A DNA stretch of 27,378 nt from an uncultured delta proteobacterium (GTDB taxonomy: Bacteria; Desulfobacterota; Syntrophia; Syntrophales; UBA2192). The stretch is taken from contig CAVPJD010000027.1 in assembly GCA_963705165.1 (NCBI GenBank), positions 1 to 27,378 on the forward strand, written 5' to 3'. The notes under the pieces are model-generated. The model made no database searches and was not told the origin of the DNA. It worked only from the letters and a program-made list of their open reading frames with translations. The translations under genes and the position numbers were made by a program. Positions 8,599 through 16,586 of this stretch are shown piece by piece (the first letter of the stretch is position 1; each line of letters starts with the position of its first letter).

Positions 8599-9466
8599 AT
8601 GAGCCAGCAGACAAAAAAAGGGACCCTGTATCTCGTCTCCACCCCCATCGGGAACCTGGAGGACATGACCCTCCGCGCTATCCGCGTTCTGAAGGAGGTC
8701 GACCTCATCGCGTGCGAGGACACGAGGCGCACGCGGATTCTGCTCGAACACTATGGGATCAATGCGGCGCTCACGAGCCTCTACGACGAGATCGAGCGGA
8801 AAAAAGGGGAGGCCCTGGTGGGGAAGCTCCTGGACGGGCGATCCCTGGCCTACGTCTCCGATGCGGGAACTCCCCTCATCTCCGATCCCGGGCTATCATC
8901 TCGTCCGGCTGGCCATTGAGGCCGGCATTTCCGTTGTCCCGGTTCCGGGCCCCTCTGCCGTGATCACAGCCCTCTCGGTCTCGGGGCTTCCGTCGGATCG
9001 TTTTGCCTTCTTCGGCTTCCTGCCTGAAAAGACCGGGCGCAGGCAGTCCGTTCTCCGCAAGTTGAAGGATCTTCCCATGACCCTTGTCTTCTACGAATCG
9101 CCCCGGCGGATTGTCGGCACGCTGAAGGACATCCGGGATTTGCTGGGGGAGCGCCATGTCGTTGTGACCCGGGAACTCACGAAGCTTTTTGAAGAGGTCA
9201 TCCGGGGACGGGCGGGCGACGTCATCGGGAAACTGGAGTCTGGCGCCGTGAAAGGGGAAATCACCCTTCTCGTAGAAGGCGCACGGGAGAAGCCCCTGGC
9301 CGGTGATGGGGAAATCGAGGCCCTATTCGGGGAAATGGACCCGAAGGGGGAGCTTTCGACGAAGGAGATCGCCGCAATGATCGCCGCGGAGCTCGATCTG
9401 CCGAGAAAGCGCGTTTATGATAAGATCCTGAAGCTCAGGGCCTGTCCAACCTTCTCAACCTCTTAA
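8599..9466 (+). CDS. rsmI: 16S rRNA (cytidine1402-2'-O)-methyltransferase, with one apparent frameshift
   Basis: GTLYLVSTPIGNLEDMT, ACEDTR and VSDAGTPLISDPG in one frame; PGPSA, FYESPRR, RELTKLFEE and KGEI in the next. Removing one G at 8890-8892 joins them. Confidence 0.93.
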
Positions 9467-9480
9467 CTTCTCAACTTCTT
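9445..9480 (+). repeat. Octamer tandem array (TCTYAACY type), right-arm orientation only
   Basis: tccaacct tctcaacc tcttaact tctcaact tctt; contains the rsmI TAA stop (9464-9466). Confidence 0.85.
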
Positions 9481-9541
9481 CATTGAAATCGCGGCGGCAA
9501 AAAGGGTTGAAGACTCCGGGAAGGTGTGATACTTCATCGGC

Positions 9542-9826
9542 GTGGGTGAAGAACAGAAAAAGGGGGAGCCGGGATTGGACGAGAAGATCAGCAGACCGGG
9601 GGAGCCGCAGATTCTGGAAGAGAAGGACGTCGTTTACGATCTCGTGGATGTTGTTGAGGAACCCAGGATCGATGCCATCGTCGGCGGACGCCTGCAGGAC
9701 GAGATCATGAAAAAGGTCGCCGAGGTCGCAGAGCGGATCGCGCGGGAGCAATTCCCCGGAATTGCCGAACGGGTGATCCGGGAAGAGATCGAGAATCTGA
9801 AGAAGCCTGTTGATGAAGCGCTGTAA
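9542..9826 (+). CDS. Small acidic hypothetical protein with a C-terminal amphipathic helix (PopZ/RomR-C-like)
   Basis: 94-aa ORF with typical codon usage; motifs VYDLVDVVEE and VAERIAREQFPGIAERVIREEIENL. The start is uncertain (no clear SD). Confidence 0.7.
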   Translation: MGEEQKKGEPGLDEKISRPGEPQILEEKDVVYDLVDVVEEPRIDAIVGGRLQDEIMKKVAEVAERIAREQFPGIAERVIREEIENLKKPVDEAL

Positions 9827-10535
9827 CCCTGCCCGCACCCATGCGCAGAGGATCACCCTCTGCCTTGTTTTTTCCCTTGTCCTTCTCTGTCCAGCCGCGG
9901 CTGCGTGCATGGAGACGGAAAGCGTCGAAGCCGAAGGCTCGGCTGCAATCCAGAACAACAATCTTGCGCAGGCCCGTGAACAGGCTATTTCACTGGCCCT
10001 TCGCGGGGCTCTCGAGAAGGTCCTTTCTTCGGCCGTTTCCCCGCAGATCCTTGCAGCCGGAAAATCCGTCATCACCGACAAGGTCTACCCCGTGACAGAA
10101 CGGTACATCCTCAGCTACCGGATTGTCCGTGAGGCGGAGCAGGACGGTGCCTATGCGGTCAGGATTGCGGCCACGGTCGACGCGGGGGGCCTGAAGGGGG
10201 ATCTTCGAAGCCTGGGTGTGCTCGGGGGGCAGGGTGAGGAGAAAACGGGGCCCGGATACTCGATCACCCTGATCGTTCGGGGATCTCTCGCCAGCCATCA
10301 CGATTTCCTGGCTTTTCGGGAAATGCTGGCCGGCATGCCGCCCATCCGCGGCGTTGTGACCCGTTTTTTGTCGCAGGACCGTTTCGAGATGGGTCTCGAG
10401 TCGGCTGAGAACCCGCAGGGTCTCGCCCGGGAGCTTTCGAAAAGGCGATTCAAGGGAGCGCCGCTGCGCGTGCTTCGCGTCGAGGCGGCATCCATCGAGA
10501 TCACAATCCAAACCCAGGGGGTTTCACGTGAATAG
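9813..10535 (+). CDS. Exported protein with a FlgT N-terminal-like domain
   Basis: Signal peptide (basic N-terminus, hydrophobic core, AAA), then VEAEGSAAI..NNLAQAREQAI..ALRGALE, which resembles the FlgT_N/LPP20-like start. Family assigned from memory. Confidence 0.65.
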   Translation: MKRCNPARTHAQRITLCLVFSLVLLCPAAAACMETESVEAEGSAAIQNNNLAQAREQAISLALRGALEKVLSSAVSPQILAAGKSVITDKVYPVTERYILSYRIVREAEQDGAYAVRIAATVDAGGLKGDLRSLGVLGGQGEEKTGPGYSITLIVRGSLASHHDFLAFREMLAGMPPIRGVVTRFLSQDRFEMGLESAENPQGLARELSKRRFKGAPLRVLRVEAASIEITIQTQGVSRE

Positions 10536-11165
10536 ACCGAGACGGGCCGGGATCATCAGCATCCTCATCCTCGGAATGGCTCTGATGCAGGGGTGCTCCT
10601 ATCTCTCGAATATTCCGTACCTTCCCTTTACAAAGACAGGCAGAGGACGACTCGCAGCCGGCAAGTCCGGAAGCTCGATGCCCGATTGATCGCCGTCCTG
10701 CCCGTGGACATCAAGACGGGAGACCGGGATGCGGCCCGATTGCTCCGTGAAAAGCTCTCCGATGAACTCTACTTCAAGGGATACCCGAGGATCCCCTTCG
10801 AGATGGTGGATGCCGCACTGGCCGATATCCGGAAGCGGGACGGAGGAGCATCGGGCAGCACGGTTGCGCCGCAGGTCATCGGCAGCATGCTCGGCGTGGA
10901 CGCCGTCATGTACACGACACTCCTCGAGGCCAACATTGCCTACAAGGTTGTCTATGCGCCAGTCAGCGTTGCGGCCGTTTTCGAATTGAAGGAAGTGAAA
11001 ACGGGAATGACGATCTGGAGATACGAGTCCCGGGCAACGGATCGCGACTATGGGGTCACAAAGAGCAGTCTTGAGCTTGGAACGGCCAAGATTTTCGAGG
11101 ATGTGGTGCATGAAGCCGTGAAGAAGGCGATGATAACCCTGCCCGATGGACCGGGGATCCAATGA
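10528..11165 (+). CDS. Lipoprotein, GNA1162/DUF799-like, with apparent frameshift(s) at about 10635-10665
   Basis: GTG 10528 gives MNRPRRAGIISILILGMALMQG-C (lipobox). The body IAVLPV...KGY...VDAAL...LGVDAVMY...TGMTIW...TLP lies in the frame of the 10593 ORF. Confidence 0.7.
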
Positions 11166-11167
11166 AA

Positions 11168-11260
11168 ACAGGGTATAGGGTAAAGGGTAAAGGGTATAGG
11201 GTACAGGTTAGCATAGCCTGGAACCTTCTGTTCCTGTCACCTGGTACCCGCCACCCGATC
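11168..11260. repeat. Inverted heptamer array element: AHAGGGT-type x6, spacer, strongly degenerate CCYG-type arm
   Basis: acagggt atagggt aaagggt aaagggt atagggt acaggtt (11168-11209); cctgtca cctggta cccgcca cccgatc (11233-11260). Confidence 0.85.
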
Positions 11261-11337
11261 AGATCCCCAAGTGTCAGAATGAGAGCGTCGAAGGCGACGA
11301 CGAGAAACCCGATTGCAGACGACTGTAAGGTGCTATT

Positions 11338-11898
11338 GTGAACATCCCCAATTCCCTTACCGTTCTCAGGATTGTCCTCGTCCCGGTCATCGTGATTCTC
11401 CTGATCCAGGGGCAATACGGGAAGGCCCTGGTTTGTTTCATCATTGCCGGAGTGACCGACGGTCTCGACGGGCTTCTTGCCCGAATCCTCAACCAGACGA
11501 CCGTCGTGGGGGCCTACCTGGACCCCCTGGCCGACAAGACACTCGTGATCAGCATGTTTCTGACGCTGGCCATCGTCGGCGTGATTCCGGGATGGCTGGC
11601 CGTTGTCGTCATCAGCCGCGACTGCATCATCCTGGGCGGGATCCTGGTGCTGAAGCTCATGTCCGTAGACCTCGAGATAAAACCTTCTTTCGTCAGTAAA
11701 ATAAACACGACGCTCCAGCTTGCCACCATCTTTTTCGCCCTTCTGCTGAAAATGGACGGTGCAGGAAAGCACTTCCATGAGGCTTTTATGTTCGTCTGCT
11801 GGATGACGGCGATCTTCACCGTGATCTCGGGGGCCGATTATCTCCTGAAGGGGATGAAGCTCATCAACCGGGGGGATGGAAATACGGAAGAATCGTGA
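11338..11898 (+). CDS. pgsA: CDP-alcohol phosphatidyltransferase (PgsA-like)
   Basis: MNIPNSLTVLRI and TDGLDGLLAR......VVGAYLDPLADK (family signature), SRD, multiple TM helices. Exact substrate uncertain. Confidence 0.85.
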   Translation: MNIPNSLTVLRIVLVPVIVILLIQGQYGKALVCFIIAGVTDGLDGLLARILNQTTVVGAYLDPLADKTLVISMFLTLAIVGVIPGWLAVVVISRDCIILGGILVLKLMSVDLEIKPSFVSKINTTLQLATIFFALLLKMDGAGKHFHEAFMFVCWMTAIFTVISGADYLLKGMKLINRGDGNTEES

Positions 11899-11905
11899 TT
11901 TTGTC

Positions 11906-11934
11906 TTGACATCATTGCAGTTTCTTGTTACTCA
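11906..11934 (+). promoter_or_regulatory. Candidate promoter for tRNA-Val/thrS
   Basis: TTGACA, 17-nt spacer ending in TGT, then TACTCA (imperfect -10), 26 nt before the tRNA. Confidence 0.45.
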
Positions 11935-11960
11935 ATACCCGTTTTATGATGCATGGAAAC

Positions 11961-12035
11961 AGGCACGTAGCTCAGGGGGAGAGCGCCATCTTGACACGGT
12001 GGATGTCCAGGGTTCAAATCCCTGCGTGCCTACCA
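11961..12035 (+). tRNA. tRNA-Val (GAC)
   Basis: Acceptor stem AGGCACG/CGTGCCT, D arm GCTC/GAGC, anticodon arm CCATC-TTGACAC-GGTGG, T arm CAGGG-TTCAAAT-CCCTG, and encoded ACCA. Confidence 0.97.
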
Positions 12036-12055
12036 TTAGTTATTTATCTGCGGCG

Positions 12056-12096
12056 AAGGGCATCAGAAGACGTCAAATCGTTGATGCCCTTTCTTT
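12056..12096 (+). terminator. Hairpin or terminator after tRNA-Val
   Basis: AAGGGCATCA / TGATGCCCTT 10-bp stem, 16-nt loop, followed by TCTTT. Confidence 0.55.
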
Positions 12097-12190
12097 AATT
12101 AAAACCCGAATGATTCTGAAATGTTCTCCATCCAAAGCCCGGTACGGACAAACCCCGGGTCGGTGACGGGGAAGAATCGGGGATCGCCAG

Positions 12191-14107
12191 ATGAGCAAAA
12201 TCGACATCCGATACACGGACGACACCCGGAAGTCCTTTGAAGAGGGGATGGCCGCAGGGGAAATCCTCGCGTCATGGAAGAAGGATGCCCTCAAGGACGC
12301 TGTCGCCGCCAGGCTCAACGATCGTCTGATCGACCTGTCGAGTCCGGTCACGGAAAACGGCACCATCGACGCCGTGAACGTCCACACGCCCGAGGGGGTC
12401 GGTGTGCTGCGTCACAGCATCTCCCATGTCATGGCCGAGGCGGTGCAGCAGCTTTTCCCCAACGTGAAGGTGACCATCGGCCCTTCGATCGAGGACGGGT
12501 TCTACTACGATTTCGATTACGAGTCGACCTTCACGCCCGAGGATCTGAAGAAGATCGAGGAGCGCATGGCCGAGATCGCCGCCAAGGACGAACCCTTCGC
12601 GCGCCGCGAGGTCAGCCGCGAAGAAGCGGTGGAGCTCTTCAAGAAAAAGGGCGAACCCTACAAGGTGGAGCTGATCAACGACCTGCCCGCCGATGTGAAA
12701 ACGGTGAGCCTTTACACGCAGGGTGATTTCACCGATCTGTGCCGGGGCCCGCACATCCCCGCAACGGGAAAGATCAGGGCCTTCAAGCTGCTCAACGTGG
12801 CCGGCGCCTACTGGCGGGGTGATGAGCACAACAAGATGCTCCAGCGCATCTACGGGACGGGATTTGCGACACCCAAGGAGATGGAGGAGCATTTCATCCT
12901 CATCGAGGAGGCCAAGCGACGCGACCACCGACGGCTTGGCAAGGAACTGGATCTCTTCCAGATCAACGAGGAGGTGGGACCGGGGCTCATCATCTGGCAC
13001 CCCAAGGGTGCGATGCTCCGAACCATCATCGAGGACTGGGAACGCAAAGAGCATTTCAAGCGGGGCTACGATATCGTCCTGGGGCCGCAGATTCTCAGGG
13101 ACCACATGTGGATCCGTTCGGGCCACATGGACCACTACAAGGAATCCATGTATTTCACCGAGGTGGATGATCAGGGCTATGGGATCAAGCCCATGAACTG
13201 CCTCTCCCACATGATGATCTACAAATCGAAGATCCGCAGCTATCGGGACCTGCCGCTTCGCTATTTCGAACTGGGGACCGTGCACCGCCACGAGAAGACG
13301 GGCGTCCTGCACGGCCTGACCCGCGTTCGGCAGTTCACCCAGGATGACGCTCACATCCTCTGCACGCCCGAGCAGCTCAACGCGGAGATCCTGGCGATCG
13401 CGGATTTCGTCAAGTTCGCCATGGGCATCTTCGGTTTCGAGTATGAAGTGGAATTGAGCACCCGGCCCGCGAACTCCATCGGGAGCGACAGGGACTGGGA
13501 GATGGGGACGGCTGCCCTCGAGCAGTCCCTCAAGGACAACCGGATGGTCTACGATATCAACGAGGGCGACGGCGCTTTCTACGGGCCCAAGATCGACTTC
13601 AAGCTCAAAGACGCCCTCAAACGAAAGTGGCAGTGCGCCACGATCCAGTGTGACTTCGCGCTGCCGGAGCGCTTCGACCTGCACTACATCGGCGCCGACG
13701 GCGAGAAGCACCGCCCCGTCATGCTCCACCGGGTCATCCTGGGGTCCATCGAGCGCTTCATCGGGGTGCTGATCGAACACTACGCCGGGGCCTTTCCGGT
13801 GTGGCTCGCCCCCGTCCAGGCGGTGCTCGTCACCGTCACGGACAACCAGATCGCCTATGGCGAGGAGGTCTACCGAAAGCTTCTCGATGTCGGTGTGCGC
13901 GTGGAGAAGGATTTCAAGAACGAGAAACTGGGGCACAAGATCCGCGAGGCGCAACTCCAGAAGATCCCCTACATGCTCGTCATCGGGGACAAAGAGGTCG
14001 CTTCCGGGACGATTTCCCCACGACAGCGAGACGGCAAGAACCTCGGAGCCATGACGGTCGATGCCCTTGTCGATCTCATCCGGGAAAAGTGCAACCGCTA
14101 CGAATAG
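12191..14107 (+). CDS. thrS: Threonine--tRNA ligase
   Basis: TGS domain, [52 protein letters not shown] and PVMLHR. Confidence 0.98.
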   Translation: MSKIDIRYTDDTRKSFEEGMAAGEILASWKKDALKDAVAARLNDRLIDLSSPVTENGTIDAVNVHTPEGVGVLRHSISHVMAEAVQQLFPNVKVTIGPSIEDGFYYDFDYESTFTPEDLKKIEERMAEIAAKDEPFARREVSREEAVELFKKKGEPYKVELINDLPADVKTVSLYTQGDFTDLCRGPHIPATGKIRAFKLLNVAGAYWRGDEHNKMLQRIYGTGFATPKEMEEHFILIEEAKRRDHRRLGKELDLFQINEEVGPGLIIWHPKGAMLRTIIEDWERKEHFKRGYDIVLGPQILRDHMWIRSGHMDHYKESMYFTEVDDQGYGIKPMNCLSHMMIYKSKIRSYRDLPLRYFELGTVHRHEKTGVLHGLTRVRQFTQDDAHILCTPEQLNAEILAIADFVKFAMGIFGFEYEVELSTRPANSIGSDRDWEMGTAALEQSLKDNRMVYDINEGDGAFYGPKIDFKLKDALKRKWQCATIQCDFALPERFDLHYIGADGEKHRPVMLHRVILGSIERFIGVLIEHYAGAFPVWLAPVQAVLVTVTDNQIAYGEEVYRKLLDVGVRVEKDFKNEKLGHKIREAQLQKIPYMLVIGDKEVASGTISPRQRDGKNLGAMTVDALVDLIREKCNRYE

Positions 14108-14162
14108 CGAGACAAAACATTCCCACAGGGGATGAATATCGCCATCGAGCAGGAGGTGTACA

Positions 14163-14672
14163 ATAGAAAAAAATCTTCGGATCAACCAGGGGATCAGGGT
14201 CCCGAACGTGCGGGTCATCGACTTCGAGGGCAAGCAGCTCGGGCTACTACCCATTGCCGAGGCCCTGGCGGAAGCGGTAAGGGTGGGCATGGATCTGGTT
14301 GAGGTGGCCCCGAATTCCAATCCCCCCGTGTGCCGAATCATGGACTACGGGAAGTTCAGCTACCAGCAGAGCAAGAAAATGCAGGTGGCAAGAAAGAGTG
14401 CGGCTACCGTCCAGATCAAGGAGATGCGGCTGAGGCCCAAGATCAGTGAACATGACCGGGGCATCAAAATCCGTAAGGTGAAGGAGTTTCTGGAGGAGGG
14501 CGACAGGGTGAAGATATCCATGCTCTTTCGGGGCCGGGAGATTGCCTACACGTCAATCGGCTTGAAGATCATGGAGTCCATACGGAGCGAACTGGAGAGC
14601 GTCGCCACCGTGGAGCAGCATCCCCGGATCGAGGGGCGAAGCATGGTGATGGTGATATCCCCCAAGAAATAA
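14163..14672 (+). CDS. infC: Translation initiation factor IF-3, non-canonical ATA start
   Basis: RINQGIR..VRVID, DLVEVAP, PPVCRIMDYGK and FRGRE. SD AGGAGGT (14151-14157) lies just before in-frame ATA 14163; the GTG at 14208 would remove the conserved RIN motif. Confidence 0.95.
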   Translation: MEKNLRINQGIRVPNVRVIDFEGKQLGLLPIAEALAEAVRVGMDLVEVAPNSNPPVCRIMDYGKFSYQQSKKMQVARKSAATVQIKEMRLRPKISEHDRGIKIRKVKEFLEEGDRVKISMLFRGREIAYTSIGLKIMESIRSELESVATVEQHPRIEGRSMVMVISPKK

Positions 14673-14690
14673 CGCGTCAAGGAGTAGTCA

Positions 14691-14888
14691 ATGCCGAAGC
14701 AGAAAACACACAAGGGAGCATCGAAACGCTTTTCTCTCACCGGGACGGGAAAGGTGAAACGGAAGAAAGCATTCCACAGCCACATCCTGACCAAGAAGAC
14801 GACAAAGCGCAAGCGCAACATGAGGAAGTCGGCGATCCTCGATGCCCGGGACACGAAGGGCATCAAGAGGCTGATCCCATACGCGTAG
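14691..14888 (+). CDS. rpmI: 50S ribosomal protein L35
   Basis: [22 protein letters not shown]...HSHILTKK. Confidence 0.98.
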   Translation: MPKQKTHKGASKRFSLTGTGKVKRKKAFHSHILTKKTTKRKRNMRKSAILDARDTKGIKRLIPYA

Positions 14889-14933
14889 AGGGCTTCTGCG
14901 GGGTCATCGGGTGTATCGCACTGCAACGTTCGG

Positions 14934-14960
14934 ATAGAGGGGCCTCTTCCCCTCTATTTT
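14934..14960 (+). terminator. Hairpin with short U tract between rpmI and rplT
   Basis: ATAGAGGGG-CCTCTT-CCCCTCTAT perfect 9-bp stem, then TTT. Confidence 0.55.
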
Positions 14961-14969
14961 CATTCACAA

Positions 14970-15060
14970 AAAGGCTGAAGGCTAAAGGCTAAAGGCTAAA
15001 GGCTAAAGGAAAGAAGAGGCTAAATAACATCTTGACTGAAGCCTAATAACCTGTGCCTAA
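14970..15060. repeat. Heptamer array (AAAGGCT)x5.5 with a decayed opposite arm
   Basis: aaaggct gaaggct aaaggct aaaggct aaaggct aaagga (14970-15010); agcctaa...gcctaa remnants at 15040-15060. Confidence 0.85.
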
Positions 15061-15083
15061 CGATCTGTTCAGGAGACAGTATC

Positions 15084-15443
15084 ATGGCACGTGTAAAACG
15101 AAGCGTCACAGGCAGAAAGAAACGAAGAAAGATCATGAAGCTGGCCAAGGGCTTTTTCGGGGCCCGGCGCAGGGCGTACCGCCTTGCGACGGAGTCCGTC
15201 AACCGCGGCCTGGCCTTTGCCTTTCGGGACCGCAAGGCCCGCAAGCGCGAGTTCCGCAGCCTCTGGATTGCGCGGATCAATGCCGCGACAAGGCTCAACA
15301 ACCTTTCCTACAGCCGCTTCATCGACGGGCTGAAGAAGGCAGGCGTCGCCATGGACCGCAAGGTCCTGGCCGACATCGCCGTCCATGACCCCCGGGCGTT
15401 TGCCGTCATCGCCGGCATCGCGGCAGGTGAGAAGAAGGGATGA
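15084..15443 (+). CDS. rplT: 50S ribosomal protein L20
   Basis: MARVKR...[39 protein letters not shown] and DRKVLADIA. Confidence 0.98.
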   Translation: MARVKRSVTGRKKRRKIMKLAKGFFGARRRAYRLATESVNRGLAFAFRDRKARKREFRSLWIARINAATRLNNLSYSRFIDGLKKAGVAMDRKVLADIAVHDPRAFAVIAGIAAGEKKG

Positions 15444-16456
15444 GAGGGCAACTCGAGAAGCTTCAGCGGGATGCCGAGGAAGAGCTTCGCGGGGCGGTTA
15501 CAGACGAGGCGATCCAGGCCATCCGGACGAAATATCTCGGCCGCAAGGGCGTGCTGACGTCGATCCTGCGTGGGCTGGGCGGCGTGGCGCCGGAAGAGAG
15601 GCCCGCCATGGGGCAGTTGGCCAACCAGGTCAAGGACGCCCTTTCGCTGCGCATCGACGCGGTACTGGCCGATATCGCGGCCTCGAAGAAAGACGGCAAG
15701 CTCCTGCAGGAGCGGCTCGACGTGACCCTTCCCGGCCGGGGGGTTGCCTGCGGGAAGCTTCACCCGATCACGCTGGTGATGCAGGAGATCTGCGAGGTCT
15801 TCGCCTCGCTGGGCTTCTCCATTGCCGAGGGGCCCGAGGTCGAGCTGGACTACTACAACTTCGAGGCCCTCAACATGGCCAAGGACCACCCGTCCCGGGA
15901 CATGCAGGCAACCTTTTACATCACGGAAAACCTGCTCCTCAGGACCCACACCTCGCCGGTCCAGATTCGGGTGATGGAAAAGCAGAAGCCGCCCGTGCGG
16001 GTGATTGCGCCCGGGAAGGTATACCGCCCGGACGCCGACGTGTCCCACTCCCCCATGTTCCATCAGATCGAGGGGCTTTACGTCGATAAAAGAGTCACGT
16101 TTGGTGACCTGAAGGGGACCCTCACGTTCTTCCTGAAGCATGTCTTCGGCGACGAGATCGGGGTGAGGTTCCGGCCGAGCTTTTTCCCGTTCACCGAACC
16201 CAGCGCGGAGGTCGATATTCAGTGCGTCATGTGCAGCGGAAAGGGCTGCCGGGTATGCGGCCAGAGCGGCTGGCTCGAGATCCTGGGCTCCGGCATGGTC
16301 GACCCCGAGGTCTTCAAGGCCGTCGGTTACGACAGCGAGGAGTATACGGGTTTTGCCTTCGGGCTCGGTGTCGAGCGCATCGCCATGCTCCGATACGGCA
16401 TCTCCGACATCCGGCTCTTTACGGAGAACGACCGGCGGTTCCTGGAACAGTTCTAA
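15440..16456 (+). CDS. pheS: Phenylalanine--tRNA ligase alpha subunit
   Basis: [50 protein letters not shown], a CxxC...CxxC insert, and [13 protein letters not shown]. Confidence 0.98.
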   Translation: MRGQLEKLQRDAEEELRGAVTDEAIQAIRTKYLGRKGVLTSILRGLGGVAPEERPAMGQLANQVKDALSLRIDAVLADIAASKKDGKLLQERLDVTLPGRGVACGKLHPITLVMQEICEVFASLGFSIAEGPEVELDYYNFEALNMAKDHPSRDMQATFYITENLLLRTHTSPVQIRVMEKQKPPVRVIAPGKVYRPDADVSHSPMFHQIEGLYVDKRVTFGDLKGTLTFFLKHVFGDEIGVRFRPSFFPFTEPSAEVDIQCVMCSGKGCRVCGQSGWLEILGSGMVDPEVFKAVGYDSEEYTGFAFGLGVERIAMLRYGISDIRLFTENDRRFLEQF

Positions 16457-16460
16457 CGAA

Positions 16461-16572
16461 CAGGCACCAGGCTTCAGGCAGCAGGCATCAGGGAAAAAAT
16501 AAGAGAAAAACCTCTTTTCCTGATGCCCGACGCCTAGCGCCTGATGCCTAATGCCCAACGCCTAACGCCTAG
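16461..16572. repeat. Inverted heptamer array element: CAGGCAN-type x4.7, A/T-rich loop, CCYRAYG-type x7.7
   Basis: caggcac caggctt caggcag caggcat caggg (16461-16493); cctgatg cccgacg cctagcg cctgatg cctaatg cccaacg cctaacg cctag (16519-16572). Confidence 0.92.
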
Positions 16573-16586
16573 AACCGAAGGTTCTT

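Noticed and set aside
11961..12190. tRNA-Val as an integration site for an island or prophage
   Set aside because: No integrase or duplicated tRNA 3' end is seen, and thrS follows directly.
12097..12190. T-box or E. coli-type thrS operator in the thrS leader
   Set aside because: No T-box consensus or convincing anticodon-mimic hairpin was identified by eye.
12272..14341. Very long antisense ORFs opposite thrS (689 aa), argS, pheS, pheT and ptsI
   Set aside because: These are shadows expected from strong GC3 codon bias. They have no recognisable motifs and occur opposite non-synthetase genes too.
2714..16572. Repeat arrays as CRISPR arrays
   Set aside because: Units are 6-9 nt and directly tandem, with no unique spacers and no cas genes.
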